Assembly: GCA_016189835.1 (NCBI GenBank)
Contig: JACPRU010000033.1
Location: forward strand, 8,253 to 72,252
Origin: Deltaproteobacteria bacterium
GTDB lineage: Bacteria > Desulfobacterota > Binatia > JACPRU01
Direction of reading: 5' to 3'
DNA length: 64,000 nucleotides
Made by a program: the position numbers and the translations under genes. Below are positions 1-7,739 of this stretch, piece after piece. The notes beneath the pieces are model-generated. The model was not told where the DNA came from. It made no database searches and saw nothing but the letters and a program-made list of their open reading frames with translations. Positions within the stretch are counted from its first letter, which is position 1. Each line of letters begins with the position of its first letter.

Positions 1-1
1 G

Positions 2-82
2 GTGGGCCTGGCTGCGACCGTCGGTGTCACGCTCTTCGTGACCCGTCTAGCGCGGCGAGCACTGGAGCAACGAATCACCTGA
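2..82 (+). CDS. 3' end of a gene cut by the window edge (hydrophobic tail ...VGLAATVGVTLFVTRLARRALEQRIT*)
   Basis: Open frame from the window edge to TGA at 80-82. Too short to assign a function. Confidence 0.25.
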   Translation: MGLAATVGVTLFVTRLARRALEQRIT

Positions 83-111
83 TCAGCGCGGGGCGTCTTG
101 CCGGGCCGCGG

Positions 112-900
112 TCAGGGTGTGGCCGGCGGTTTCGCTTCGAACGCGATGTCGCCGTACCAGGCGGTTGCCGCCTCACCGGTGTTGTCGCTGTCGGTCATGA
201 TCGCGACCGCCGAGGTCAGCGGCGGGTCGTCTCCGAAAGCGCTTCGGTAGTCTTCGAGAAGGTTCCGCTCCTCCGTGACCCACCGTCCGACCTTCCCGGC
301 CCCGCTCTCGACGACGACCATCTTCGAGCGGCTGCTGTAAGCGTTCGGGATGATCGTTCCGACCGGTTCACGGCTGTCCCAGATGTAGTCGATCGCGGCC
401 GTGGGCGGGTACTCGCCGTAGAAGAGTCGGGCAGCCTCGAACTGGGCCCGCTCGAGGAAGCCGAGCTTCTTCGCATCGTACTCGAAGGTGACGTAGACGC
501 GGGCCGGATAATCGTCCCCGGCCTTGGTATGCGAGTCCGCTTTCGCGATCAGGTTCTCGACCTTCCAACGCCACGTGATGACCGGGTAGGCCTTCGCGTC
601 GATCCGGATCGGCCTCACGAGCGCCGAAGCGGACCCATCGCTGATCGCCCGAATCACGACCTCGCTAGCCTCCTTCACCATCTCGTAGCGCGTGTGACGC
701 GGGATCTTGGGGAAGTCGAGCTCGCGCCACCCCACTGGAAACGCTCCGCCCGGCGCGGCGGAGGAGAAGGGGCCGACGTCGATAGCGGATTGGCCAACCA
801 CTACTGTCGCGCTCAGGCAAGCGACAGCAAGTGCCGCGGCCATGAGGCGCGGCCAACGACCGCTCCGAACACGAAGCCGGTTCACCCGGTACGCTCGCAT
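112..900 (-). CDS. DUF3047-family secreted protein
   Basis: 262 aa. Arg-rich N-region plus hydrophobic signal (LMAAALAVACLSATVVVG). The body matches my recollection of DUF3047 (PVITWRWKVENL..., DDYPARVYVTF, IDYIWD). Confidence 0.7.
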   Translation of the reverse strand: MRAYRVNRLRVRSGRWPRLMAAALAVACLSATVVVGQSAIDVGPFSSAAPGGAFPVGWRELDFPKIPRHTRYEMVKEASEVVIRAISDGSASALVRPIRIDAKAYPVITWRWKVENLIAKADSHTKAGDDYPARVYVTFEYDAKKLGFLERAQFEAARLFYGEYPPTAAIDYIWDSREPVGTIIPNAYSSRSKMVVVESGAGKVGRWVTEERNLLEDYRSAFGDDPPLTSAVAIMTDSDNTGEAATAWYGDIAFEAKPPATP

Positions 901-1018
901 GATTCTGCTTCTCGAGAAAAGGGCTCCGAACGATCATTGCCACGCTCATCTTGCTGAGAGAACGGCTGGCGTCATGGCCCTCGAGCAGCCGAGGCTTTGT
1001 TCTCGATCGTGAGCACGG

Positions 1019-1825
1019 TCAGCGTGTTCCCGGACTCGCTGACGGCGCCACTGGAGCTCTGTCACCCTCCGCGGCCTTCGGTTCGAAGTGTACGAGGAAA
1101 CGGCGCAGCGACAAGAAGTCGTACCGCTCGATCCACCGCGGGACCGCGAAGAAGAGGACGACGAAAACCGCGCCTGTTGCGATCGTCGCGAAGCGGTTCT
1201 CGACGACCGCCGCGCCGAAGACGTTGTAGGCGAACGTCAAAGGCAACATTCCTACCGCGGTGGCCAAGGTGAACCGCGCGAGCGACAGCTTGGTGAGGCC
1301 CGCGCCGTAGCTCACAACGTCGAAGGACACGAACGGCAGGAGGCGTGCGACGAGCACCATTCGCGTGAGCACTGGATCAGAGCACGAGGTGCAGAAGTTG
1401 GCGTGACCGCGGAGCACCCGCTCGACAAGCGAGCGACCGAAGGTGCGTGCGATGGAGAAGCTCAACACCGCCCCCACCGATGCCCCGAACACGCAGTAGA
1501 CGGTTCCGAGCATCGGCCCGAAGAGCCTTCCGGCGGCGGCGTCGAGCGGCAGGCTCGGGATCACCGGGAAAATCGCCGCCGTCATCATGAGGGCAACCAG
1601 AACGAGCGGCGCCCACGGTCCGGCTGTGCGCAGCTCGGCTTGGACGCGCTCGGGATCGAGGTAGGAGGTGATTCCGAGGCGGTGCGCTATCGCCAGCCCG
1701 GTGCCGAGGATGATGGCGACGCAGACCGTCACCAGGATCCGACGCCCTCGCCTGCGCTTGTCGGGAGTCACGCGGCCGATCTCGAAATCAGCGTGTCTCG
1801 GAGGATCGTGCAGGGGGCGGGTCAT
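1019..1825 (-). CDS. TVP38/TMEM64 (DedA/SNARE-associated) family membrane protein
   Basis: 268 aa with multiple TM helices. Motifs typical of the family: FPVIPSLPLDAAAGRLFG and VARLLPFVSFDVVSYGAGLT. Confidence 0.75.
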   Translation of the reverse strand: MTRPLHDPPRHADFEIGRVTPDKRRRGRRILVTVCVAIILGTGLAIAHRLGITSYLDPERVQAELRTAGPWAPLVLVALMMTAAIFPVIPSLPLDAAAGRLFGPMLGTVYCVFGASVGAVLSFSIARTFGRSLVERVLRGHANFCTSCSDPVLTRMVLVARLLPFVSFDVVSYGAGLTKLSLARFTLATAVGMLPLTFAYNVFGAAVVENRFATIATGAVFVVLFFAVPRWIERYDFLSLRRFLVHFEPKAAEGDRAPVAPSASPGTR

Positions 1826-2126
1826 CGCGCGCCTCGGCCTGGGTGAGTGCGTGCGCGGACGAGTACGAGGAGACGGAATAAGGGACCAGGAAGGTGAGGG
1901 CGATCTTCAGCAAAACCCGAGGGGAAAACTCGAGCGCGAAGACGGCTTCCGGCTGGTTGATCACCGTCAAGACCGGTCCGACGACTGCAGCGACGCCGAT
2001 GGCATGCTTCACCGTAGCGGGAAGGAACCAGTTGCGTAAAACCGTTCGCCAACGTGATCGCCTTCCCGGACTCGGACGGTCGATTCCATCGGGCTCTTTC
2101 ATCTCCACAGCACAGCGACTTGCCAC
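1788..2126 (-). CDS. Small membrane protein, NrtS-like (putative nitrate/nitrite transporter family)
   Basis: 112 aa. The pattern AIGVAAVVGPVLTVINQ ... LKIALTFLVPYSVSSYS resembles the NrtS family. It overlaps the start of the TVP38 gene by 38 nt. The true start may be the internal Met. Confidence 0.45.
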   Translation of the reverse strand: MASRCAVEMKEPDGIDRPSPGRRSRWRTVLRNWFLPATVKHAIGVAAVVGPVLTVINQPEAVFALEFSPRVLLKIALTFLVPYSVSSYSSAHALTQAEARDDPPPARSSETR

Positions 2127-2396
2127 CTTGGATGCTCGGGGGCTGCCGGTTGTCGCTAGTCCTCAAATAAGCGCGTGAGAGATCAGTTGCGATGGCAGTG
2201 AAACGGGAAAGTCCTCCGAGATGAGGTATAAGCCGCGCGCTCAGCGCCGGCACTCCAAGGGGCCGGAGCGCCAGGGGCGCACACCGAACTACCGCGGGAG
2301 AAAGCCGACGAACGAGGCTTTCGCAGGCTGCCCACGATCGGACAGTGGATCGGCGAGATTCCCTACCAGCCCCAGGGGCTCGACTCTCCCGGTCGG

Positions 2397-4085
2397 ATGA
2401 TCGTGCGGCGGGTCCTGATCGAGGAGAAGGACGGGCCCGATCGCCATCAACCGATTCCCTTGGCGCTTATTTCAGGGCTAGCTGAGAGCGAGATGGATCC
2501 CCGCGCGCGTGAGCAGCGCTGCACGGCCTCAGACGCCGCCCCGCCGGCCGCGAGCCCGAGCCGGCGGTTGGCGGGGCCGGTGTTCGTCGCGGCGGCCTGC
2601 TTCTATCTGCTGAGCGGCGGCGGCTACATCGACGGCCCCGACGGCACCGTCATGTTCCGCGCCACGCAGAGCTTCGCGCGCGGCTCGCTGGCCGTGGAGC
2701 CGCTCGCCTCGTGGCCCGAGCACGGCGGCGTGCCGGTGGACGGCGGCAAGCGATTCTACGCCTGGTTCGGCCCCGGCCTGTCCGCGGCCGCGCTGCCGGC
2801 CTATCTCCTCGGCCGGGCGCTGCTGCCCTGGACCGCGGCGCGCGAGCGCGGCCTGTTCGACGTCGAGCGCCGGCGCAGCGGCGGCGAGCCCGGGTTCCGA
2901 TTCCGCACCAGCTGGTACGAGACCGGCGAAGCGAACTTCGCCGAAGCGTTCACCGCGTTCACGACCGGCTGGACGAACGCCCTGGTGACCGCGGCGACGC
3001 TCGTCTTGCTGCTCGCGATCGCGGTCGATCTCGGCTTCGACGCCAGAACCTCGCTCGCCGTCGTCGCGCTCGCGGCGGTGGCCTCGCCGCTGTGGCCTTA
3101 TGCCAAGGGGTTCTTCGCCGAGGCGCTGGCGGCGCTCGGCCTCACCGGCTTCGTCCGCTTCGCGGTTCGCGCCCGGCGCGGGCAAGCCGCCGACTGGGCG
3201 GCGGCGGGAGCGCTGCTCGGCGTCACCATGACGACGCGGGTCACCCACGCCGTCCTCTTCCTGCCGGCGGCGATGCTCGTCCTGGCCGACTGTCGAGAAC
3301 GATCGGCTGGCGAGGCGCGGCGCCGCCTCGCCGGCTTCGCGGCAGGCGGCTCGCTCGGCCCGGCCGCCGTGGGGATCTACAACCTGGCGCGCTTCGGCGA
3401 TCCGCTGCAGACCGGCTACGGCAAGTACGCGCACGAATGGACGGCGCCGTTCCTGGAGGGGTTTGCCGGCCTGCTGGTCAGTCCCGGGCACGGGATCCTC
3501 CTCTACTGTCCGCTCGTCCTGCTGTCGGCGGCCGCCGCACGCCGCTTCGCCGAACGCGCGCCCCGCGAGCTCGCCTTCGTCGCCGCCAGCCTCGCGCTGC
3601 TCGTCGTCCTCTACTCCAAGTGGTTCCTGTGGGAGGGAGCTTGGTGCTGGGGCCCCCGCTTCCTGCTGCCGCTCGTGCCGCTGCTCGTCCTGCCCAGCGC
3701 GGCGTTGCTCGAGCGCTTCGGCCAGCTCGGGCGCGCCGCGCGCCTGGCGGTGCTCGCGGTGGTGGCGCTCGCGCTGGTGGTCACGGCCAGCGGGGTGGCG
3801 ATCAACTTCGTCGACTACCACGTCTGGGTGCGCGCGCACTTCGCCGAGAACCTCCCGCGGTACCGGAGCGAGGGGGCGGCGAACTACTACGCGCTGCTGC
3901 GCTGGGGCTGGCGGTTCGCGCCCCCACTCTACCTGACCTCGCTGCCGAGCCAGGCCTTCTTCCTGCCGCTCGCACTGGGGGCGCCGGGGGTGGTCCTCGG
4001 CTCGTTCGCCGTGTTTTCGGCGGGCCTGCTTGGCGGCTTGCTGTGGTTGCGCCTGAGACTTACGCGGCTGAACGACCGAGCGTAG
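2397..4085 (+). CDS. Polytopic membrane protein, GT-C fold (ArnT/PMT_2-like) glycosyltransferase candidate
   Basis: 562 aa with about 12 or more hydrophobic helices and a Trp/Tyr-rich periplasmic loop region. The topology resembles family-39/83 glycosyltransferases. ATG at 2397; an alternative Met lies at 2493. Confidence 0.5.
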   Translation: MIVRRVLIEEKDGPDRHQPIPLALISGLAESEMDPRAREQRCTASDAAPPAASPSRRLAGPVFVAAACFYLLSGGGYIDGPDGTVMFRATQSFARGSLAVEPLASWPEHGGVPVDGGKRFYAWFGPGLSAAALPAYLLGRALLPWTAARERGLFDVERRRSGGEPGFRFRTSWYETGEANFAEAFTAFTTGWTNALVTAATLVLLLAIAVDLGFDARTSLAVVALAAVASPLWPYAKGFFAEALAALGLTGFVRFAVRARRGQAADWAAAGALLGVTMTTRVTHAVLFLPAAMLVLADCRERSAGEARRRLAGFAAGGSLGPAAVGIYNLARFGDPLQTGYGKYAHEWTAPFLEGFAGLLVSPGHGILLYCPLVLLSAAAARRFAERAPRELAFVAASLALLVVLYSKWFLWEGAWCWGPRFLLPLVPLLVLPSAALLERFGQLGRAARLAVLAVVALALVVTASGVAINFVDYHVWVRAHFAENLPRYRSEGAANYYALLRWGWRFAPPLYLTSLPSQAFFLPLALGAPGVVLGSFAVFSAGLLGGLLWLRLRLTRLNDRA

Positions 4086-4090
4086 CCGAT

Positions 4091-4109
4091 CCGATACAAG
4101 TGTATTCGG
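4091..4109. promoter_or_regulatory. Near-perfect palindrome ccgATACAagTGTATtcgg, a candidate enhancer-binding-protein site or terminator remnant
   Basis: Read directly. It sits in an AT-richer intergenic stretch about 60 nt upstream of the sigma54 promoter. Confidence 0.3.
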
Positions 4110-4169
4110 TCGGATACGACAAGGCCGCGAATTTACATGATTTCTTCTCGATGATTCGGTGCTCGGCGC

Positions 4170-4184
4170 TGGCACGCCGATTGC
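4170..4184 (+). promoter_or_regulatory. Sigma54 (RpoN) -24/-12 promoter TGGCAC-N5-TTGC
   Basis: Sequence TGGCACgccgaTTGC is an exact match to the TGGCAC-N5-TTGC consensus. It lies 57 nt upstream of the flp ATG (4241). A GGAGG Shine-Dalgarno is at 4226-4230. Confidence 0.7.
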
Positions 4185-4240
4185 CTATCCAGCGGCATCG
4201 GCGCACGGTGCGTCGAGGTGACCACGGAGGTCGGCGAGAC

Positions 4241-4423
4241 ATGTTGACGAGAGTTCGCAGGTCGCTGCGCGACCAAAAGGGACAGGGTATGACGGAGTAC
4301 ATCATCATCGTCATCCTGATCGCCCTGGCGGTGCTCATCTTCACTCGCTTCCTCGGCCAGAAGGTCGGCCAGAAGACCAACGAGGCCGGCAACAAGGTCG
4401 GAAGCCTGACGATCCCTCCCTAA
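4241..4423 (+). CDS. flp: Flp-family type IVb prepilin (Flp1)
   Basis: 60 aa. Leader MLTRVRRSLRDQKGQG is followed by MTEYIIIVILIALAVLIF, the classic Flp G|xxxxEY motif plus hydrophobic helix. It is the only real part of the long 2711..4423 ORF. Confidence 0.9.
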   Translation: MLTRVRRSLRDQKGQGMTEYIIIVILIALAVLIFTRFLGQKVGQKTNEAGNKVGSLTIPP

Positions 4424-4438
4424 GGCTTAAAGCACCGG

Positions 4439-4470
4439 GGCTGGGCCGCCTCGGCCGGGGCGGCTCAGCC
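4439..4470 (+). terminator. GC-rich stem-loop after flp1 (possible attenuator or partial terminator)
   Basis: Arms ggctgggccgcc / ggcggctcagcc (11 of 12 bp) with an 8-nt loop, 16 nt after the flp1 stop. There is no U-tract, so it is at best a leaky or processing structure. Confidence 0.35.
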
Positions 4471-4475
4471 GGATC

Positions 4476-4943
4476 GTGCGAACGCCCGCGATGCGCCGCC
4501 GGAGCCCCTGTCGCACATCGGTCAGCGGTCAGCGTGGAGTCGGGACGACGGAGTACGTCGTCCTCATCGTTCTGGCGGGGCTGGCCGCGCTGTCCCTGTA
4601 CGCGCAGTTCGGCAGGTCCGTCGGTGGCAAGGTGGACGTGGCGGGCAAGCGGGTGGAGGCGCTCGGTCAAGACCGAGCAGCGACGGTCGGGGGTGCTGCG
4701 GGCGTCGGGGGTTCGGGCCGGGAAGGCGACTCCGGGGCAGCCGCCGGCGGTGGCGCGGCGGCTGCGAGCGCGGAGGTGTTGCCCGAACCGATCGACGGCA
4801 GTAACCAGACGGCGGGCGGAGGGGTCGACACGCGCATGATCGTGCTGCTCGGGATCCTCGTGGTGGCCGTCGGAGCGCTAATGATCCTGGCCGTCGCTCA
4901 GCGCGTCCGCAAGGACAAGAAGAAGGCAAAAGCAGCGAGATAG
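4476..4943 (+). CDS. Flp-like prepilin with Gly/Ala-rich extension and a C-terminal TM helix (Flp2, atypical)
   Basis: 155 aa. The N-terminus GQRGVG|TTEYVVLIVLAGLAALSLY is the Flp motif. The C-terminus is MIVLLGILVVAVGALMILAV followed by RVRKDKKKAKAAR. The start is GTG 4476 or ATG 4491. Confidence 0.75.
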   Translation: MRTPAMRRRSPCRTSVSGQRGVGTTEYVVLIVLAGLAALSLYAQFGRSVGGKVDVAGKRVEALGQDRAATVGGAAGVGGSGREGDSGAAAGGGAAAASAEVLPEPIDGSNQTAGGGVDTRMIVLLGILVVAVGALMILAVAQRVRKDKKKAKAAR

Positions 4944-4955
4944 GGTGGCGCGGCG

Positions 4956-5804
4956 GTGAAGCGACCAAGCAAACGCCCGCAGGCGGGCCAGGCGATGATC
5001 GAGTTCATCATCATCTTCTGGTTCGCGTTCAGCTTCCTCATGCTGATCATCCAGATCACGCTGATGTTCAACGCGCACAGCATGCTGAAGCTCGCGGCCT
5101 ACAACGCCGCGCGGGCGGCGATCGTCACCCGATCGGGAGACGGCCCGGAGAAGCCGGTCAAGCTCGGCGAGATGAAGGACGCGGCCCGCAAGGCCGCCTT
5201 CTTGACCATCCTGCCGGTGATCCCGGGCATGCACGGACGGCTGAACAGCTTCGGCGCCGTGCTGAGTCTGTTCACCGACCTGCCCGCGGACCTGAGCTCG
5301 GTCGGGCTCGGCGCGCTCAAGGGACACACGCGCGGGTTGATCGGAGTGGCCGTCGAGTACTTCGGCGGCGGGTTCGATCTGACGAATCAGGCGCAGAAAT
5401 TCTTCGACGTGAAGTTCGTCAATCCCACCAATCTCGACCAGGAGATCGATTCGATCCCCGGCCGGATCGAGTTCGACGACACCTCGAGGACCAGCCTCAC
5501 CAATCCGAATCAGAGCAATCTGATCAAGGTCGTGGTCACCTGGTACTATCCGCTGGTCATCCCGTTCGCCGATCAGATCATCTACGCGTACACCCACACG
5601 GCCGACGTGATCATGGGGTTGGCGCAGACCAGCCCATCGACGATCATCGACGTCGCGCTCGGCAGCTACCAGCGACGCCCGGTCTGGGAAGTCGGCTGGG
5701 TGTTTCGTTCGAGCGCGTTCACGTTCTCCAACCTGTTCGGGTTCCGCGTGCCGCTGCGCCAGAGCTACGTGATGCGCATGCAGTGGGATCGGGGCCCCGA
5801 CTGA
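4956..5804 (+). CDS. TadE-like pseudopilin
   Basis: 282 aa. The N-terminus RPQAGQA|MIEFIIIFWFAFSFLMLIIQITLMF is typical of the TadE/TadG N-terminal domain. Confidence 0.8.
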   Translation: MKRPSKRPQAGQAMIEFIIIFWFAFSFLMLIIQITLMFNAHSMLKLAAYNAARAAIVTRSGDGPEKPVKLGEMKDAARKAAFLTILPVIPGMHGRLNSFGAVLSLFTDLPADLSSVGLGALKGHTRGLIGVAVEYFGGGFDLTNQAQKFFDVKFVNPTNLDQEIDSIPGRIEFDDTSRTSLTNPNQSNLIKVVVTWYYPLVIPFADQIIYAYTHTADVIMGLAQTSPSTIIDVALGSYQRRPVWEVGWVFRSSAFTFSNLFGFRVPLRQSYVMRMQWDRGPD

Positions 5805-5807
5805 CGC

Positions 5808-7736
5808 ATGGGAAAGCGGACGATGGCGAAGAAGCCCGGCCCACGCCCGTTCCTGTCCGGCCCGCGCCGCTTCCTCGCGCCACGCGGAATGGGCGGCCAG
5901 ATCATCGTCTTCTACCTGGTCTTCATCATCCCGATGGCGATGCTGATGTTCTCGATCTACAACGTCGGCCAGCTCGCCACGGAGAAGATGAAGCTGCAGA
6001 ACGCGGCCGACAACGCCGCCTACTCCGCGGCCGTCTGGGAAGCGCGCTACATGAACCTCGACGCGTACATCGCCCGGGCGATGGTCGCGAACTACGACAC
6101 GATGGCGATGCTCTTGTCGATCTGGTCGGTCGCCGACTCGTGGGACGGGTTCATCGGCATCCTCAAGTTCGTCACGCAGTTCATTCCCTTCGGCATCGGC
6201 GCGGCGATCAAGGCGGTCCTCACGCCCATTCACATCGGGCTGCATCAAGCGAACCGGGGCCTCGCCAAGGCGATCGGCGGCGGCAAAGAGGGCCGGGCGA
6301 TGCTCTACGTGATGGAGATGTACGCGAAGATTCTCGGCTACGCGCAGGAAGCGCTGTACTTCCTGAACCAGGGCGGGCGGACCTCGGTGATCCAGTCGAT
6401 CGCCTGGGGGGTGGACCCCAAGATCCGCTACGTGGGGTTGGCGGAGGTCCTCAACGCGCTCAGCCTCAACTCGCGGATCAAGTGGGACAAGCTCGACTCG
6501 AGCAACGACTTCGACGAGGACAAGGCGCTGCGCCAGACGATCACCCGCTCGCTGAACGAGATCTCGCGCGGCAACAACTTCCGCGACGCCGGCAGCTCGC
6601 TGCTCAGCCCCATCAACGCGGTATTCTCGGTCTTCGATGCGGTGTGCAGCTTGATCACTCTCGGCAGCGGCGGCTTCAGCATCTCGATCGGGCCCGAGGG
6701 GTTCGACGTCAAGGACTTCGACGAGGTCACCGGGCAGATCGGCGGGCCGGGCGAGTGTAACTCGGGCTGCGACGAAGACCAGATCGTGCAGAACGACAAG
6801 CTCTACGAGCACGACTTCGCCGGCGTCGCACTGGAGCTCTGCGTCGTCACGGTCCGGGTGGGCCACCACAGCGACGACGCCTGGAACCTGGGCGGCAGCA
6901 AGGCGATCTCCATGAGCGGCATCAACGTCGCCCCGCCCCACCTGGTCGACGACGTGGAGACCACGGGCGACGACCACGGCGCGTTCCAGGACGTCAAGAA
7001 CTTCACCGACAACGGCATCGACTGCTCCTCGATCGGCACCGATCTCGGCGATGCGATCGGCGGGGGCAGCCTCGCCGACAACTGCCGCAGCAGCTCGTCG
7101 TCCACGTGCGGGTTCAGCGACCCGTTCCAGGCCATCACCCTGACGAACGCGCTCGAGAACGGCGACATCACGCCGGCGCAGTATCAATCGGCCTGCCGCT
7201 CGAGCCTGTGCAGCGGCGTCCCGGAGGGGTCGACCTGCGAGTCCGAGGTCCCCGATCTCGCCGACCGCCTGAACGCCGCCGACCGGTGCGGTTCGCTCTT
7301 GGCGCCGGGCGGCGAGTCGGCGGGAGGCTCCACGGACTTCGGCGGCACGAGCGCCGGCTCGGGCAGCGGCCCCTGCCAGACCGTGTACATGTTCGACACG
7401 CCGCTGAACGAAGTGCAGATGACCTGGTTCGTGCGCGACGACGACATCGACGACGCGCTCGATGGGCGCCGCGTGCAGGGGCCGACGGTCTTCGTCTACT
7501 TCGAGAAGCCGGCCGACAACCTGCCGCTCTTCCGCGGCCTCCACTACCCACAGCCGCTGACGCTCGGCGCCTACTCCTTCGCCAAGGTCTACTACACGCG
7601 CAAGCCCGGCGATACCGCGGCCTCGCCTGGCTCCGGGAACAAGCGCATCGAGGGTAAGGAGACGCTCTTCAACCCGTTCTGGGCGGCCCGGCTCGAGCTG
7701 CCGAAGATACTCGGCAGCAACATCCTCTTCCACTGA
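5808..7736 (+). CDS. TadG-like pilus assembly protein or large pseudopilin with a Cys-rich C-terminal region
   Basis: 642 aa. The N-terminus GGQIIVFYLVFIIPMAMLMFSIYNVGQLATEKMKLQNAADNAAYSAAV matches the Tad_N/TadG pattern. The C-terminal half has many Cys residues (GECNSGCDED, CRSSSSSTCG, CRSSLCSG..STCES). Confidence 0.75.
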   Translation: MGKRTMAKKPGPRPFLSGPRRFLAPRGMGGQIIVFYLVFIIPMAMLMFSIYNVGQLATEKMKLQNAADNAAYSAAVWEARYMNLDAYIARAMVANYDTMAMLLSIWSVADSWDGFIGILKFVTQFIPFGIGAAIKAVLTPIHIGLHQANRGLAKAIGGGKEGRAMLYVMEMYAKILGYAQEALYFLNQGGRTSVIQSIAWGVDPKIRYVGLAEVLNALSLNSRIKWDKLDSSNDFDEDKALRQTITRSLNEISRGNNFRDAGSSLLSPINAVFSVFDAVCSLITLGSGGFSISIGPEGFDVKDFDEVTGQIGGPGECNSGCDEDQIVQNDKLYEHDFAGVALELCVVTVRVGHHSDDAWNLGGSKAISMSGINVAPPHLVDDVETTGDDHGAFQDVKNFTDNGIDCSSIGTDLGDAIGGGSLADNCRSSSSSTCGFSDPFQAITLTNALENGDITPAQYQSACRSSLCSGVPEGSTCESEVPDLADRLNAADRCGSLLAPGGESAGGSTDFGGTSAGSGSGPCQTVYMFDTPLNEVQMTWFVRDDDIDDALDGRRVQGPTVFVYFEKPADNLPLFRGLHYPQPLTLGAYSFAKVYYTRKPGDTAASPGSGNKRIEGKETLFNPFWAARLELPKILGSNILFH

Positions 7737-7739
7737 GCG

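Noticed and set aside
2529-4175. 548-aa minus-strand ORF, plus the 5' 1.5 kb of the plus-strand ORF 2711..4423
   Set aside because: Both overlap the polytopic membrane protein at 2397-4085 and translate to Arg/Pro/Gly-rich sequences. Only the last 183 nt of ORF 2711..4423 (Flp1, from ATG 4241 with its own SD and sigma54 promoter) are credible.
4878-7733. 951-aa ORF on the minus strand, the longest in this region
   Set aside because: It is antisense to the TadE-like and TadG-like genes. Its product is an Arg/Ala/Asp/Glu/Val-rich low-information sequence with no recognisable motif. The plus-strand products carry textbook TadE/TadG N-termini. This is a typical high-GC shadow ORF.
5808-7736. The large 642-aa Tad-locus protein as the missing secretin
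   Set aside because: Its N-terminus is a TadG/TadE-type pseudopilin helix. There is no secretin-like C-terminal beta-domain pattern and no signal peptide typical of RcpA/CpaC.
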